Assembly (NCBI GenBank): GCA_963575745.1
Contig: CAUYUJ010000067.1
Location: forward strand, 62,001 to 118,758
DNA: 56,758 bases
Reading direction: 5' to 3'
DNA from: Prorocentrum cordatum
Lineage: Eukaryota
The notes under the pieces were generated by a model. That model saw only the letters and a program-made list of their open reading frames with translations, did no database searches and had not been told where the DNA came from. How positions within the stretch are numbered: the stretch's first letter is position 1; the number at the start of each line of letters is the position of its first letter. The translations under genes and the position numbers were made by a program. Below, one piece after another: positions 22,241 to 35,404 of this stretch.

Positions 22241-23796
22241 GGGCCCACAAAGGATCGGCTAGACCCAGAAGGTCGGGGGCCCCCAAACGGTGTGGTGACC
22301 ACCCCGTGCGGTGAGTCAGTGGGGAGTAGGGGTCGCCGCACGGTTTTGGGACTCGGGTCCTTTTCCGAGGATGTCTCGGGCGACAGGGGCCTCCAGGGTC
22401 CCAAGACCGTGCGGTGACGGACCGGTGAGGTCTCTTGGGGTTCCGAGGTCACCGCACGGTCTGTCACCGCACCGTTTCGGGACTCCAAAGAAGGAGGTCC
22501 AGCGACAAGAGGGTGGTGCAATAGATTTGGTGCAATCGATTTGTGGGCTTGCCATACACTTGGGGCGTGCAATACGTTCCGGGGCGCACATGTATTCTGG
22601 GATTTCTCGCGCGCAACACACGAGGTGCAATCTAATGCATTACATGTCTCCGGTGCAATACACTTGCAATACAATTGCCCCAAACCTATTGCACCACCCC
22701 CTTTCAGCTGGACCCCCTCTTGGATCAACCAGAGTAGATCTAGGCCTCACAGATGGGGTCCGAGCAGGTGGGGTCGGCCGCCATGGGGGAAGCGGGTCCT
22801 CAGGGAGACGGCTCCTGAGGTTTGCTTTGTCTCTCTGGACGAATGTCTCGTCTTGGGGAAGGGGCCCTGGGTCCAGGGCCCGTTTCCCTCGGGAGCCGTT
22901 CCCGTTTCCCCCATGCTGAGGCAGAGGATTGCGCCGCATCGTCGACGGCGCCGGTGCATCGTCGACGTCGCCGGCGCGTCGCCGATGCCTTGGCGAGGCA
23001 TCGGCGATGCGGCGCGATCCTGCGACCCTTACACCCGCCCCATCTAGGAGACCTCAAACCGAGGGTGGCGGGGTTGAACGTTGGGGGGAATAGGCGGGGG
23101 TGGATGCATCGACCCCCATCGCTCGCCCACTCATGGCCGATGGGGGCCTGGTAACCCGCCCCGCCCAGCTCGTGGAGTCGCTATCAGGGGCATATCGCCA
23201 CTCCAACGGCGAAGTATCGCCGATCCAAGCCCGATCCCATCTGAGCTGCCCCCCTGCACCATTACCTCTCAGGCAGTGCGTGCCCAGATTTCCTCGCGTT
23301 GCCAAACAGTTACGACGGGTCCCCTTCTGGGGCCTGGGGCCTCAAAAAACGATTCGAGCGAAGCGGAGGATCACGCCGCATCGCCGATACATCGATGTTG
23401 CGGCTCGATGTGGGGCTCGGTTTGCTCCACGACCATACCGCTGATGCATGGCTGATGTCGCCGATGCACTGGCGATGCGTGAGCGATGCGTCGCGATTCT
23501 CCGACCTCATCTGCTCCGGCTCCATTTGAGAAGCCTGCGGATTTCTTGAGGATAATGAAGGAATCCGAAGGATGTCCCAATGATTCCTGAGTGTTGCCTA
23601 AGAACTCAAAATCATACGTCTGAGCGCCGTGGATGTCGGATTCCTTCTGTGGCGTCTTTGTCAGTTTCTGTCACGCACGCGTCTGTCTTCAGAGCCTAGA
23701 TGCCGCCACAAGCCTCGGGGTCTCACTTCTTTTCGATTCCGCGGTTGTGATCACAGCTTAGTGGTTTCATGTGTGGTTCGCCGAGTTGCGTTGTCT

Positions 23797-23834
23797 CATC
23801 ATCATCATCATGATGATGCTGATGCTGATGCTGA

Positions 23835-23875
<41 letters not shown>

Positions 23876-23882
23876 ATTATGC

Positions 23883-23959
<77 letters not shown>

Positions 23960-23985
23960 GTGATGATGGTGCTGCTGCTGCTGAT
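23797..23985. repeat. (GAT)n/(GCT)n microsatellite
   Basis: Direct reading. Confidence 0.97.
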
Positions 23986-24259
23986 GAGGAGGAGGAGGGG
24001 GAGGAGGGGGAGGGAGGACGGTTGGAGAGATGATGGGGGAGGGGGGAGGGAGGAGGCAGGCTGGATTGCAACAGACGGGGTACGCAGCGATGGCAGAATC
24101 AATTGGCCGCACTTGTGCCATAATCTCCGTCATTCAGCGTGGCGTTTAGGTTACCCCAGGGACGCGAGGACAGCAGCGGTCGGATTTGTTTCCCCAACCA
24201 TCCTGTGGTGTTGGGTCTTCGTTTTGAAGAGACAGCGCCCCGCGTTCTTTCATCCTCTA

Positions 24260-24607
24260 CAATTACACAATATGAAAATACTCTCCCACTTCCCCTGATG
24301 GCGTCCCGAAGATATCCAACACCCCCCCGCGTATTGTTTTTAACGCAGGATTCCCGGGAAACGGGTTTTCGCTGGTGTTTTTTTTCAAAATGCTGCTCTC
24401 GCCGAGGCGCTGGCCTCATTTTCGGGCCCCGCTCGTTCCGAATCGTGCTCCCGCTGCAGCGCTGGCCTCATTTCCGTGCTTCCGCTCGTTCCGAATCGTG
24501 CTCCCGCTGCAGCGCTGGCCTCATTTCCGCGCTTCCGCCCGTTTCGACTCGTGCTCCCGCTGCAGCGCTGGCGTCATTTCCCGTGCCATGCCACAGCACA
24601 CGCGCAC

Positions 24608-24641
<34 letters not shown>

Positions 24642-24865
24642 CACACACACACCACCACCACCACCACCACCACCACCCACCCACACCACACCACACCACA
24701 CCACACCACACCACACCACACCACCACCACCACAACCACGCACACACGCACGCACGCACGCACGCGCACCACCACCCACTAGTCCGCGGATAGAGAAAAT
24801 CAGCGGCATGGTAAGGGATGGGAGGGAGGGGTAGGACGTCAGATATGACGCGCGCGCACCTAGCT
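24260..24865. mobile_element. Insertion between the head and array of copy B, with ~43-bp tandem units and a (CA)/(CACAC) tract
   Basis: Absent from copies A and C; repeats of CGTGCTCCCGCTGCAGCGCTGGCCTCATTT at 24390-24580. Confidence 0.6.
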
Positions 24866-24910
24866 TGCCTCATCCCCCTCCTCCCTCCCCCCATCATGCC
24901 CCTCACTTTG

Positions 24911-25526
24911 GCACAACCCTCACACGTTTCGTGGCCCCATAGGGAGTTCCACCGAAGGTCCCAGCGGCAGGGTTCGCATGCGGTTCCACCCCAATTCCGG
25001 TACGGGGAGCTCCACCGAAGGCCCCAGCGGCAGGGTTCGCATGCGGTTCCACCCCCAATTTCGGCACACCCCTCGCACGTGTCGTGGCCCCACAGGGGGC
25101 TCCATCGAAAGCCACAGAGGCAGAGTTCGCTTGCTGTTCCATCCACTTTTGGGCACACCCTTCACACGTTACATGGCCCCATAGGGAGCTCCGCCGCAGG
25201 CCCCAGTGGCAGGGTTCGCATGCAGTTCCATCCCAATTCCGGCACACCCCTCACACCCTTCGTGGCCCAATAAGGAGCTCCGCCGAAGGTCCCAGTGGCA
25301 GGGTTTGCATGCGGTTCCACCCTAATTTCGGCACACACTTTACACGTTTCTTGGACCCTTGGGGAGCTCCACCGAAGGCCCCAGCGGCAGGGTTCTCATG
25401 CGGTTCCACTTCAAATTTCGGCACACCCCTTGCACGTTTCGTGGCCCCATAGGGAGCTCCACCGAAGGCCTTAGTGGCAGGGTTCGCATGCGGTTCCACC
25501 CCACATGTCGGCACACCCCTCACACG
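24911..25526 (+). repeat. Tandem array of ~90-bp units, variant GGCAGGGTTCGCATGCGGTTCCACCCC
   Basis: Same CACACCCCTCACACGTTTCGTGGCCCCATAGGGAGCTCCACCGAAGG core as copy A. Confidence 0.95.
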
Positions 25527-25689
25527 TTAATGTCTCAAACCAGTTAAAAAATGATGACCTCTCCCTCCCTCCCCCCGGATCCCGACCGCCATTAATTCGC
25601 ATCCGAACAACTATTTGTTTTATCTGTCCCTCCTAGAAAAAATACATGGATGCCGATCGATGCCACTTGTATATACCTCGGTACCAGGG

Positions 25690-26430
25690 AGAATGCCGAT
25701 GGGGATGTTCCCGTCTTCCGATCAGAAAATCATTTTTTTCATTGGGTTATCGCCATTGGGATTTAGGAATTCAACATTGCCCCCGTGGTAGAACATCTAT
25801 CAGCGGTATGCCGCCGCCGCGCACGCGCCCGCGCGCGCGCGCGCGCGCGCGTTGGCGATTGGCATTTGTGCATTCAGCGTCGCATATCCACATGGGGATG
25901 TCCCCGTCTTCTGATCAGAGAATGATTTGTTTTGCATCGGGTTTTCGCCATTGGATTTTGGAGTTCAACCTCGCTCCCGTTGTATAAAACCTATCGGCGG
26001 CATGCCGCCGCCGCGCGCGCGTTGGCGATTGGCATGTGTGACTTCAGTGTCGCATATCCACATGGGGATGCTCCCATTTTCCGATCAGAGAATGATTTTT
26101 TACATTGGGTTTTCGCCATTGGGTTTGGGAGTTCAACGTGGCTCCCGTTGTATAGAAATTTATCAGCGGCATGCCGCCGCCTCGCGCGCGTTGGCGATCG
26201 GCATTCGTGCATTCAGTGTCGTATATCCACAGGGGGATGTTCCCGTCTTCCGATCAGAGAATGATTTTTCACATTGGGTTTTTGCTATTTGGGTTTGAAG
26301 TTCAACAGCGCCCTCATTGTATCAAATCTATCAGCGGCGCGCCGCCGCCGCGCGCGCGTTGGCGATTGGCATGTGTGACTTCAGTGTCGCAGATCCACAT
26401 GGGGATGTCCCCGTCCTCCGATCAGAGAAT
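25690..26430. repeat. ~175-bp satellite (TATCAGCGGCATGCCGCCGCCGCGCGCG...CGCATATCCACATGGGGATG...CCGATCAGAGAATG), block 1
   Basis: About 4 diverged tandem units. Confidence 0.92.
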
Positions 26431-26519
26431 GCTTCCCCATATCCTAAGATAGGGTTCTTGTTATTACTTGGACGCCTCCTACTCCCTCTCCCTCCTCCTC
26501 TTTCCTCCTCCCCTCCTGT

Positions 26520-27410
26520 CGGAGTTACTCATACACTCATACATACTCATACACAGACTTACTCATACACAGACTTACTCACACCCAGACGTACTCATAC
26601 ACAGACTCACTCATACCCAGACTTACTCATACACAGTACTAGTCATACTCAGACTTCGCTTGGAGAGCAGATTGTGAGGATGTCTCAGGCGGGGCGCTGG
26701 TTTCAGCACCCCTAAGGGGGGCCGCCAGGGGTGTTTGCACGGGCTCGTTCGCGGCCATTTTGTGGGGATGTCTTAGGCGGTTTGCTTGGTTTTGGGCCCA
26801 ACATCCTTCGCTGGGAGAGCAGATTGTGAGGATGTCTCAGGCGGGGTGCTGGTTTCAGCACCCCTAAGGGGAGCCGCCAGGGGTGTTTGCACGGGCTCGT
26901 TCGCGGCCATTTTGTGTGGATGTCTCAGGCGGTTTGCTTGTTTCTGGGCCCCACATCCTTCGCTTTCGGAGCAGATTTGGAGGATGTCTCGAGCGAGGCG
27001 CTCACTTTCACCCCCCAGGTGGGCCAGATTTTGAGGATGTCTCGACCGGTTTGCTTGTTTTGGTGGCCAGGCTCGTGGCCCTAAGGGGAGCCGCCAGGGG
27101 TGTTTGCACGGGCTCGTTCGCGGCCATTTTGTGGGGATGTCCCAGGCGGTTTGCTTGTTTCTGGGCCCCACATCCTTCGCTTTCGGAGCAGATTTGGAGG
27201 AGCCGCCAGGGATGGTTGCACGGGCTGGTTCGCGGCCATTTTGTGGGGATGTCTCAGGCGGTTTGCTTGTTTCTGGGCCCCACATCCTTTGCTTTCGGAA
27301 CAGATTTGGAGGATGTCTCGAGCGAGGCGCTCATTTTCACCCCCCAGGTGGGCCAGATTTTGAGGATGTCTCGATCGGTTTGCTTGTTTTGGTGGCCAGG
27401 CTCGTGGGCG
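26520..27410. repeat. Composite repeat: ACTCA(T/G)AC-rich tract plus GAGGATGTCTCAGGCG / GGGGAGCCGCCAGGG units; relative at 44460-45430
   Basis: Same unit motifs and the same ACTCA-rich neighbour at both loci. Confidence 0.8.
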
Positions 27411-27419
27411 CAGGTTCTT

Positions 27420-28060
27420 CTCAGGATGCCACAGGAGGCTCCAACAGGCTCCAGGAGGCCCCAGGAGACCACATGAGGTCCCAGGAGGCATCAGGAGGCC
27501 ACAGAAAAACTCAAGAGGCCACAGGATGTCCCAAGAGGCTCCAGGAGGCCCCAGGAAGCTCCAGAAGGCTTCAGGAAACCACAGGAGGCCCCAGGAGGCA
27601 ACAGGAAGCGCCAGGAGGCCTCGGAAGGCAACAGGAGGCCCCGAGAGGCCCCAGGAGCAGGAGGCCTCAGAAGGCAACAGGAGTGGCTCCAATCCCATGT
27701 GTTTTACGTATGCTCCTATCGATTGGGCCTTACCTGGGGCACGATTCTTTGATGTTCTACGTATGTTTATATAGATGGTCCTTCTCCTGTGTACACAATC
27801 CTAAATGTTTTACTCATGTTCCTATATATTGGGCCCCCCCCCTGGGGCACGAGTCCTTGGTGTTTTACGCGTGTTCCTATAAATTGCCCTTCTCCTGTGG
27901 TTCTAATCCGCAATGTTTTATGTACGTCTGTTGCTATAGATTGCGCCTCTCCTGGGGCACGAAACCTTCCTAGGAGGTCCCAGGAGGTACCAGCAGGGCT
28001 CCTGGAGACCCCAGGAAGCCCCAGTAGGTTTCAGGAGGCCCCAGGAGGCCCCAGGCTCAT
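27420..28060. repeat. (CCAGGAGGCC)n degenerate decamer, interrupted at ~27690-27965 by AT-richer tandem units
   Basis: Direct reading. Confidence 0.85.
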
Positions 28061-28233
28061 GCACAGAGACGCGCTTGTACTACTGAGGCTCATTCACACT
28101 CCAATTCATTCGCAGTTAGATTGATGTCCAGACCGTCACAACTGAAGCCCGTTAATATTCGAAAGCTCTTGCGCCTAGACACTCACGGCGGACAGGTCCA
28201 TGCGAGTAGATGCACATATGGGGAGCTCTACGC

Positions 28234-28235
<2 letters not shown>

Positions 28236-28313
<78 letters not shown>
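28236..28313. repeat. Poly-T run (~78 nt)
   Basis: Direct reading. Confidence 0.98.
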
Positions 28314-28314
28314 C

Positions 28315-29430
28315 ATTCGGGTTTTGCCATTGTGTTCTGGAGTGCAACATCGCTCCCGCTGTATCATATCTATCAGCGGCATGCCGCCGCCGCGCGCGCG
28401 CTCGTTGACGGTCGGCATTTGTGCATTCAGTGTCGCATATCCACATGGGGATGTTCCCGTATTCCGATCAGAGAATGAATTGTTACATTGGGTTTTCGCT
28501 TTTGGGTTTGGGGGATCACATTTCGCCCCGTTGGATAAAATCTATCAGCGGCATGCCGCCGCCGCGCGCGCGCGAAATTTCGCCCCGTTGTATAAAATCT
28601 ATCAGCGGCATGCCGCCGCCGCGCGCGAGCTGGCGCTTGGCATTTGTGCATTCAGCGTCGCATATCCACATGGGATGTTCATGTTCTCCGATCAGAGAAT
28701 GGTTTTTGACGCGGGGCTTTCGCCATTGAGCTTCGGAGTTCAACCTCGCTCCCGTTGTGTAAAACCTATCAGCGGCACGCCGCCGCGCGCGCGTTGGCGA
28801 TTGGCGTTTGTGCATTCAGTGTCGCATATCCACACGGGGATGTCCCCGTCTTCCGATCAGAGAATGGGTTGCCGCCACTGGGTTTTGGACTTCAACATGG
28901 CTCCCGCTGCATAGAAATCTATCAGCGGCATGCCGCCGCCGCGCGCGCGCTGGCGCTTGGCATTTGTGCATTCAGTGTCGCATTCCCACATGGGGATGTT
29001 CATGTTCTCCGATCAGATAATGAATTTTTACTTGGGGTTTTCGCCATAGGGTTTTGGAGTGCAACATCGCTCCCGTTGCATAGAACATAGCATCGGCATG
29101 CCGCCGCCGCGCGCGCGCCCCTTGGCGCTTGGCATTTGTGCATGCAGTGTCGTCTATCCGCATGGTGATGTTCCCGCTTTCCGATCAGAGAATGATTTTT
29201 ACATTGGGTTTTCGCCATTGGGTTTTGGAGATCAAATTTCGTCCCGTTGCAAAAAACTTATCAGCGGCATGCCGCCGCCGCGCGCGCGAAACTTCGTTCC
29301 GTTGAGTAGAAATTTATCAGCGGCATGCCGCCCGCCGCGCGCGCGCGTTGGGCGCTCGGCATTTGTGCATTCAGCGTCGCATATCCACATTGGGATGTTC
29401 CCGTCTTCCGATCAGAAAATGATTTTTCCC
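28315..29430. repeat. ~175-bp satellite, block 2 (fragment also at 30420-30510)
   Basis: About 6 units of the same consensus, preceded by poly-T. Confidence 0.92.
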
Positions 29431-29547
29431 GACCTGGGTTCTGCCTAGAAAAGGGCTCTTACTCGGTAAGCTTGAAGGGCCGGGCAGCGCAACCCGCCCC
29501 GGGCGGTTCCCCCAGTATTCGCCCCGCGGTTCCCCCAGCTACGTCCC

Positions 29548-30366
29548 CTTAGCTTAGCGTTGCTTATCTCATCTTAGCTTAGCTTATTTCATCTTCGCTT
29601 AGCTTATGTTGATTTTAGCTCTGGTCTATCTTAGCTTAGCTTACATTCGTCTTAGCTTCGCTGAGCTCTAGCATAGCAGAGCACATCATAACATATCATA
29701 GCGTAGCATATCATATCGCTGCACAGTATATCACAGCATAGCCCAGCATATCATCGCGCAGCATAGCATAGCATAGCATAGCATAGCATAGCATAGCGCA
29801 GCACAGCACAACACAGCATAGCACAGCGCAGCATAGCATAGCATAGCATAGCAGAGCATAGCCCAGCATAGCAGCACAGCAAAGGCAAATCAACAGCAGC
29901 GACAGCAAAGTAAAGCACAAGCAACGCAAAGCAAAGCAAAGCAAATGCAAAAGCACAGCAAAGGAAAGGCAAAGCAACAGCAATGTGCGACAGATGCCGG
30001 GCTAGCCTCGATGGCCGGACCGGAGCCCCCGCAAGCAGTGTCTTCCGGAGCCAGCTTAGCTTAGCTTGGCATAGCATAGCGCAGCGCTGTATTAGCATAG
30101 CCAAGCATAGCATAGCATAGCATAGCATAGCATAGCGCAGCGTAACATAGCCTAGCCTAGCATATCATAGCAGAACGTAACGCAGCTTTACATAACATAT
30201 CATATCATAACATAGCTTAGCATAACACAGCGCAGCATGACATAGCATAGCTTAGCATAGCATAGCGCAGCATCGAATAACATATCATATCATAGCATAG
30301 CGCAGCATAGCATAGCATAGCATAGCGCAGCATAGCATGGCATAGCACAGCATAGCATAGCATAGC
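29548..30366. repeat. (AGCAT)n / (AGCTT)n / (AGCAA)n pentanucleotide satellite
   Basis: Direct reading. Confidence 0.95.
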
Positions 30367-30921
30367 AACTAATGTTGCTTTCCTAGGGGCTCCACCTTCT
30401 AGGTAGGGTCGCACTGGGGTAATTTACATTGGGGTTTCGCCATTGGGTTTTGGGGGTTAAGATTGCCCCCGTTGTATCAAATCTATCAGCGGCATGCCGC
30501 ATTTGCATATTCAATGCCGCTTCGAAACCCAGACTGGGTGCGCGGTGCGCAGGGAGTGGTCCCTGAGCGCAGTCTCTATCCACGCTGGGGTCGCGGGGCG
30601 TGGCGTGCGTGGCCTGGCGCCAAGAGGGGGTGTTCAGGAATCTGTCCCTGCACGCAGGGCGCCAGGGCGGTCGCGGGGGCGTCACCAGCGATCCAGTTTC
30701 GATGGGCGCATTACAGCGCGGGGGAAAACCATTTTTTTAATGTCCCCCCAACTATTCTTAACCAGTTTTTTGACATTACGTGGCAGGGGTCGCGTGTTGT
30801 TCCACCCCAATCTCGGCACATCTCTCACACGCTTCGTAGCCCCATAGGGAGCCCCACCGAAGACGATTCTCACATTTGCGGCACTCGCAACTGCATATGG
30901 TTGGGTCCTTCGCCAGGCTAC

Positions 30922-33361
30922 TTTCTCCCCAGGGGGGGCGGCAGCGCTAAGGCGCGAAGGCTACTTCGCCAGGTGGCGTACGGTCGAAACTTTGTAATAC
31001 GGGCTGATTTGATTTCTGGGGTGGCGTGGAGTTTCCTCCGTTCTTCCCAGGGCGCTCCCAAAGCTAGCTTCGAGTGAGGCTACAGGGACCTCGTTCCCGT
31101 TTCGTGGTTCCTTGGGGGGGAGGTTAAGGAAGGAGGTTAAGGAGGAGACAGAGGACGGGGAGGAGGAAGAGGAGGAGGAGGAGGAGAAGGAGGGAACGGA
31201 CGATGATGAGGGTGGGGACGCGGACGATGATGATGCGGATGCTGATGTTGATGACTAGGTTGTTGCGGATAGTGATGATGTTGTTGATGAGGTTGGCGAT
31301 GGTGATTGTGATTATCGCGATTATGATGACGACGACGGCGACGACATGCTGATATGATACCCATGATGGTGTTGGTGATGATGATGAGGATGATGAGGAT
31401 GATGATGCTGCTGATGATGGCCGTGTTGATGGTCAGGATGCCGCTGATGAGGATGATGATGCTGCTAATGATGATGATGATGCTGATGCTGATGGTGATT
31501 ATGTTGTTGCGATTATTGTCGTTGATGCTGCTGATGATGCTGGTGATGGTGATGGTGTTGATTGCGATTAACATGACGAATACGGCGATGAACTGATGAT
31601 ACGAGACTGATGATGATGTTGGTGATGATGGTGATTATGTCGCTGATGATGGATGATTATGATGGTGGTGACGATGCTGATGAGGGTGATGATGATGATC
31701 CTGATTATGCTGATGCTAGTGTTGGTGATCATTGTGGTGGTTGTGACGATGCTGTTGGTGCCGATGATGATTTTAATAAGAATGGTGATGTCGGTGATAA
31801 TGACTGTGATGAGTGTGATGAAGCTGCAGATGACGATGGTGATGATGATGATTCCGATGATGCTCATGTTGATGCTGAGTATGGTTCTGATGATGGCGAT
31901 GAGTGTGGTGATGAGGATAATGCTGCTGATCATGATTGTGCGGCTGCTGCTTCTGATGATGCTGCTGATGATGATGCTGATGAGATCATGATGGCGATGA
32001 TGATGATGCTGCTGATGGTGATTATGCTGATAATCACGACAATGGCGATGCTGATAACAACGATGTTGATGACGAATATGATGCTGCGGCGGATGATGCT
32101 GCTGATGATGATGATGATGATGACGATGTTGATGCAGTTGCTGGTGATGATGATGCTGCTGATGCTGTTGCTGTGGGTGATGCTGCTGATGATGAGGAGG
32201 AGGGCGGAGGAGGAGGAAGAGGGGGAGGAGGGGGGGGAGGGAGGACGGTTGGAGGTAAAATGGATTGCAGCATATCCTACAGCAATCAGACGGGGGACGC
32301 AACGATGACAATCTCAAGTGACAGCATTCGCGCCATATACTCCGTCAATCAGCGAGGCGTTTAGGTCACCCGCAGGGACGCGAGGACAACAGCGGCCAGA
32401 GTTGTTTCTCCTCGGGGGGGGGGGGAGCGCTACGGCGCGCATACTTCTGCGCCAGGTGGCCTACGGCCGAAACTTTGGAATAGGGTATGATTTGATGACC
32501 GAGTGGGCGTATGGTTCCCTCCGTTCTTCCCAGAGCGCTCCTAAAGCTATCTTCAACTGAGGCCACACGGGGACCTCGTTTCATTATCGTGGCTGCTTGG
32601 GGGGGAAGGTGGAGTTCGGAGGACGAGGAGGAGTAGAAGGAAGATGATGACATGGATGATGGTGATTCTGATGATAATGATGATGGTGATGCTGATTGTG
32701 ATGATGCTGATGCTGGTGGTGATGATGATGCTGATGCTGATGCTGATGATGGTGGTGGTGCTGCCGATGATGATGATGCTGGTGGTAATGCTGACGCTGG
32801 TATTGATGATGATGATGATGCTGCTGATGCTGATGATGATGATGATGCTGATGATGATTGTGATGATGTTGATGAGGATGACAAGGCTGATGTTGATTAT
32901 GCTGACGATGCTGATGATGACAAAGGTGATGATGATACTGATGACGATGACGATGATGGCAATGGTGAGGATGATGATGATGTTGATGATGATGGTGATG
33001 AAGATGCAGATGACGACGACGATGATGATTGTGATGATGGCGATGACGAGGATGGTGATGCTGATGATGATGATGGTGCTGCTGATGATGATGCTGATGA
33101 TGCTGATGAAAATTATGATGCTGATGGCGGTGATGATAATGATGATGCTGATGATGACGATGCTGATGATGGTGAATCTGATGACGATGCTGATGGTGAT
33201 GCTGCTGATGATGGTGATGTTGATGCTGCTGCTGCTGATGATGATGATGATGGTGATGATGTGATAATACTACTGCTGATGCTGAGGATGATGATCAGGA
33301 GGACGAGGATGATGATGATGATGCTGATGATGCTGATGATGCTGATGATGATGATGATGAC

Positions 33362-33450
<89 letters not shown>

Positions 33451-33630
33451 GCATGCAGCTTGTGACCACGAGGCTTATGCAGATCATGATGATGCTTCTG
33501 TTGCTGATGATACTGATTGTGACGATGATGGTGACGCTGCTTCTAATGATGAGGAGGAGGGGGCTGGGGGGAGGGAGGATGGTTGGAGAGACGAGCGGGG
33601 GAGGGAGGAGAGCGGAGGCAGGACGATGAT
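30922..33630. repeat. Tandem ~1.5-kb macro-repeat: conserved ~200-bp head, ~1 kb degenerate (GAT)n, conserved tail
   Basis: Heads 30925-31125 and 32408-32610 align (CGCCAGGTGGC.TACGG.CGAAACTTTG...CCGTTCTTCCCAG.GCGCTCC.AAAGCTA); tails 23985-24190, 32190-32407 and part of 33550-33625 align. Confidence 0.85.
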
Positions 33631-33830
33631 CCTTGACCCAATTCGGCTTGGCTGCCCGGCCGCCCGCGCGTGCCTGGCCTCGTGCCTTATGGGGCCAGGG
33701 GGAGATATGGCCGCACCGCGGCTGGCGGGGGCCCCGGGGAGGCGCGCCCGCGGGCGCCTCTGGGAGCTGGGCCGGAGGAGGAGGAGGAGGAGGAGGAGGA
33801 GGAGGAGGAGCTCCGCGTCTAGGCCTCTCA

Positions 33831-33998
33831 GTTGGGATCGGAGCAGGTGGGGTCGGAGGATCGCGCCGCATCGCCGATGCATCGGCGATGCATCGGCGAT
33901 GCGGCTCGACGTGGTGCCCAATTTTCTCCACGCAGACTTCGCGGATGTATCGGCGATGCGGCGCGATCCTCCCACCCCATCTACTCCGATCCCATCTA
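33831..33998. mobile_element. Palindromic MITE family with CATCGCCGATG core; other copies ~22750-23045 (with nested TIR insert ~22781-22915), ~23355-23525, ~40200-40380
   Basis: Long TIRs GGGATCGGAGCAGGTGGGGTCGGAGGATCGCGCCGCATCGCCGAT / ATCGGCGATGCGGCGCGATCCTCCCACCCCATCTACTCCGATCCC. Confidence 0.8.
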
Positions 33999-35404
33999 GG
34001 AGGACGAGGAGGAGTAGGAGCGGCTGGAGAAGGACCGGCTCGCGTCTCATGGGAGGCGATGAGTGATCCAGCGCGTCCGTCGTGCACGACCCATCCGCGC
34101 AGAGCTCCGGAGCTCTAGTCCACGTCCCCCTTGGTGCGGATGCGCTTTATGCATTCTTCACGCTTCACGTATCCCCACGTCACGCATGCAGCCCTGGCCG
34201 CTTGCAGCCAGCCCAACCAGCTCAGCTTCAGCCAGTTGCCCCCCCGGCGGTAGGTTCTGATCCCGCGCTCGGTCGCTGCATAATTAGGCTCGCGCGTAGC
34301 CCGCTCGACCTTTTCGGACGCCTCCTGCGCTTTCGCTGGCGGCCGCGACAAAAAAAAAGTATCCCCACGTCACGAGCCCGTTCAGAGAAACCCTGCTCAT
34401 GAGTGCTGACGGGAAGAGGAGCGAAGAGGCACGTAGTGAACCAGAGCGGGCAACCAGGATGAACAGAAAGATCTTTTCGGGCCATCCCTGGGGCCCGCGG
34501 GGGGGGAAAACGGATGAGGAGGAGGAGGACAAGGAGAAGGAGGGGGAGGGGGAGGAGGCAAACCGTCTCTTGGGGCTCTCGGCACGCTCTTAGGCGCTCT
34601 TGGGGCCGTCTTAGGGCACTCTTGGCACCCTCTTGGAGCTCTCTTGGGGCCTTCTGGGGGGCCCTGTAAGGCTTGTGGGCCTCTTGGGCTCCTCTTGGGG
34701 CTCTCTTGGGCCATCTGGTGGCCATCTTGAGGCATCAAAAGCACATCGGAATCGAAAGTGCGAGAAGGCAACACTCATTGACTTCCCGTCGGTGTTTGGA
34801 AGATTTTGGCCTCTTCGGGGGGTCCTGGGTTTTGTGGCCCTCGTCGTGTCTCTCGGATGTACGTCGAAAGCCAGATTGAACCATCTTCGGCAATCTTGAG
34901 GCATCGTGAAGGCCCTGACGGCCATTTTGTAGCATTGGGTATTCTCATGACGCTCTAGCCCCTCGGGCCCCCTGCCAACAAACCTCAGGGAGGGGAGGGG
35001 GAGGGTCCCCCCCCCCCCGAAGGGAAGAGGGTTTCGGACGAGGAAAGAACTCGTCAGACCGCCTGCGCCCAGAGGGCTGGTGGGGCTCTAGGGGTGGATA
35101 GGATCAGGGGGGGGATTCATCGACCCCTGATCGCCCACTCATCGCCGATATTGGCCCGATTGCCCCGTCCAGCAGCGTACGGTTTCGCTGTCGGGGGCCC
35201 ACCGCCGATCTACCGGCGATGTGTTGCCGATTCCAGGTCGATGTCCCCCCTCCCCTGAGCCAGCCCCCCCGTACCGTCCCCCCTCGCTGCGGTGTTCGCC
35301 ACCAGGGCCGATGCGCGCACCGCAGCAGCGCACCGTGCGAGCTCCGTGCTGGGCGCTCTCCGGCCACACCTGGGCAGCATGTCTGCCGCGCTGCCGTGTT
35401 CCGT

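Larger units (their letters stand above)
24192..30921 (+). mobile_element. Helentron/DINE-1-like element, copy B, inflated by nested insertions
   Basis: Head at 24192, array 24911-25526, last array unit and tail at 30781-30921 (ATGGTTGGGTCCTTCGCCAGGCTAC). TTT on both sides, and the flanks rejoin to match the uninterrupted sequence at 32380-32440. Confidence 0.78.

Noticed and set aside
24835..24863. Canonical Helitron 3' end (CGTCA/TGACG hairpin then CTAG)
   Set aside because: Short stem, not followed by T, and no clear A|TC 5' end; insufficient on its own.
26750..27245. GCCATTTTG as spliced-leader relics
   Set aside because: Part of a tandem repeat unit, lacks GCTCAAG and has no downstream ORF.
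28236..28313. Poly-A tail of a minus-strand retrocopy
   Set aside because: Sits where the 175-bp satellite normally has a short T-run; more likely an expansion or homopolymer artefact, with no retrogene or TSD adjacent.
31137..33629. Asp-rich or poly-Met protein genes
   Set aside because: Products of degenerate (GAT)n tracts inside a repeated unit; no splice or start context.
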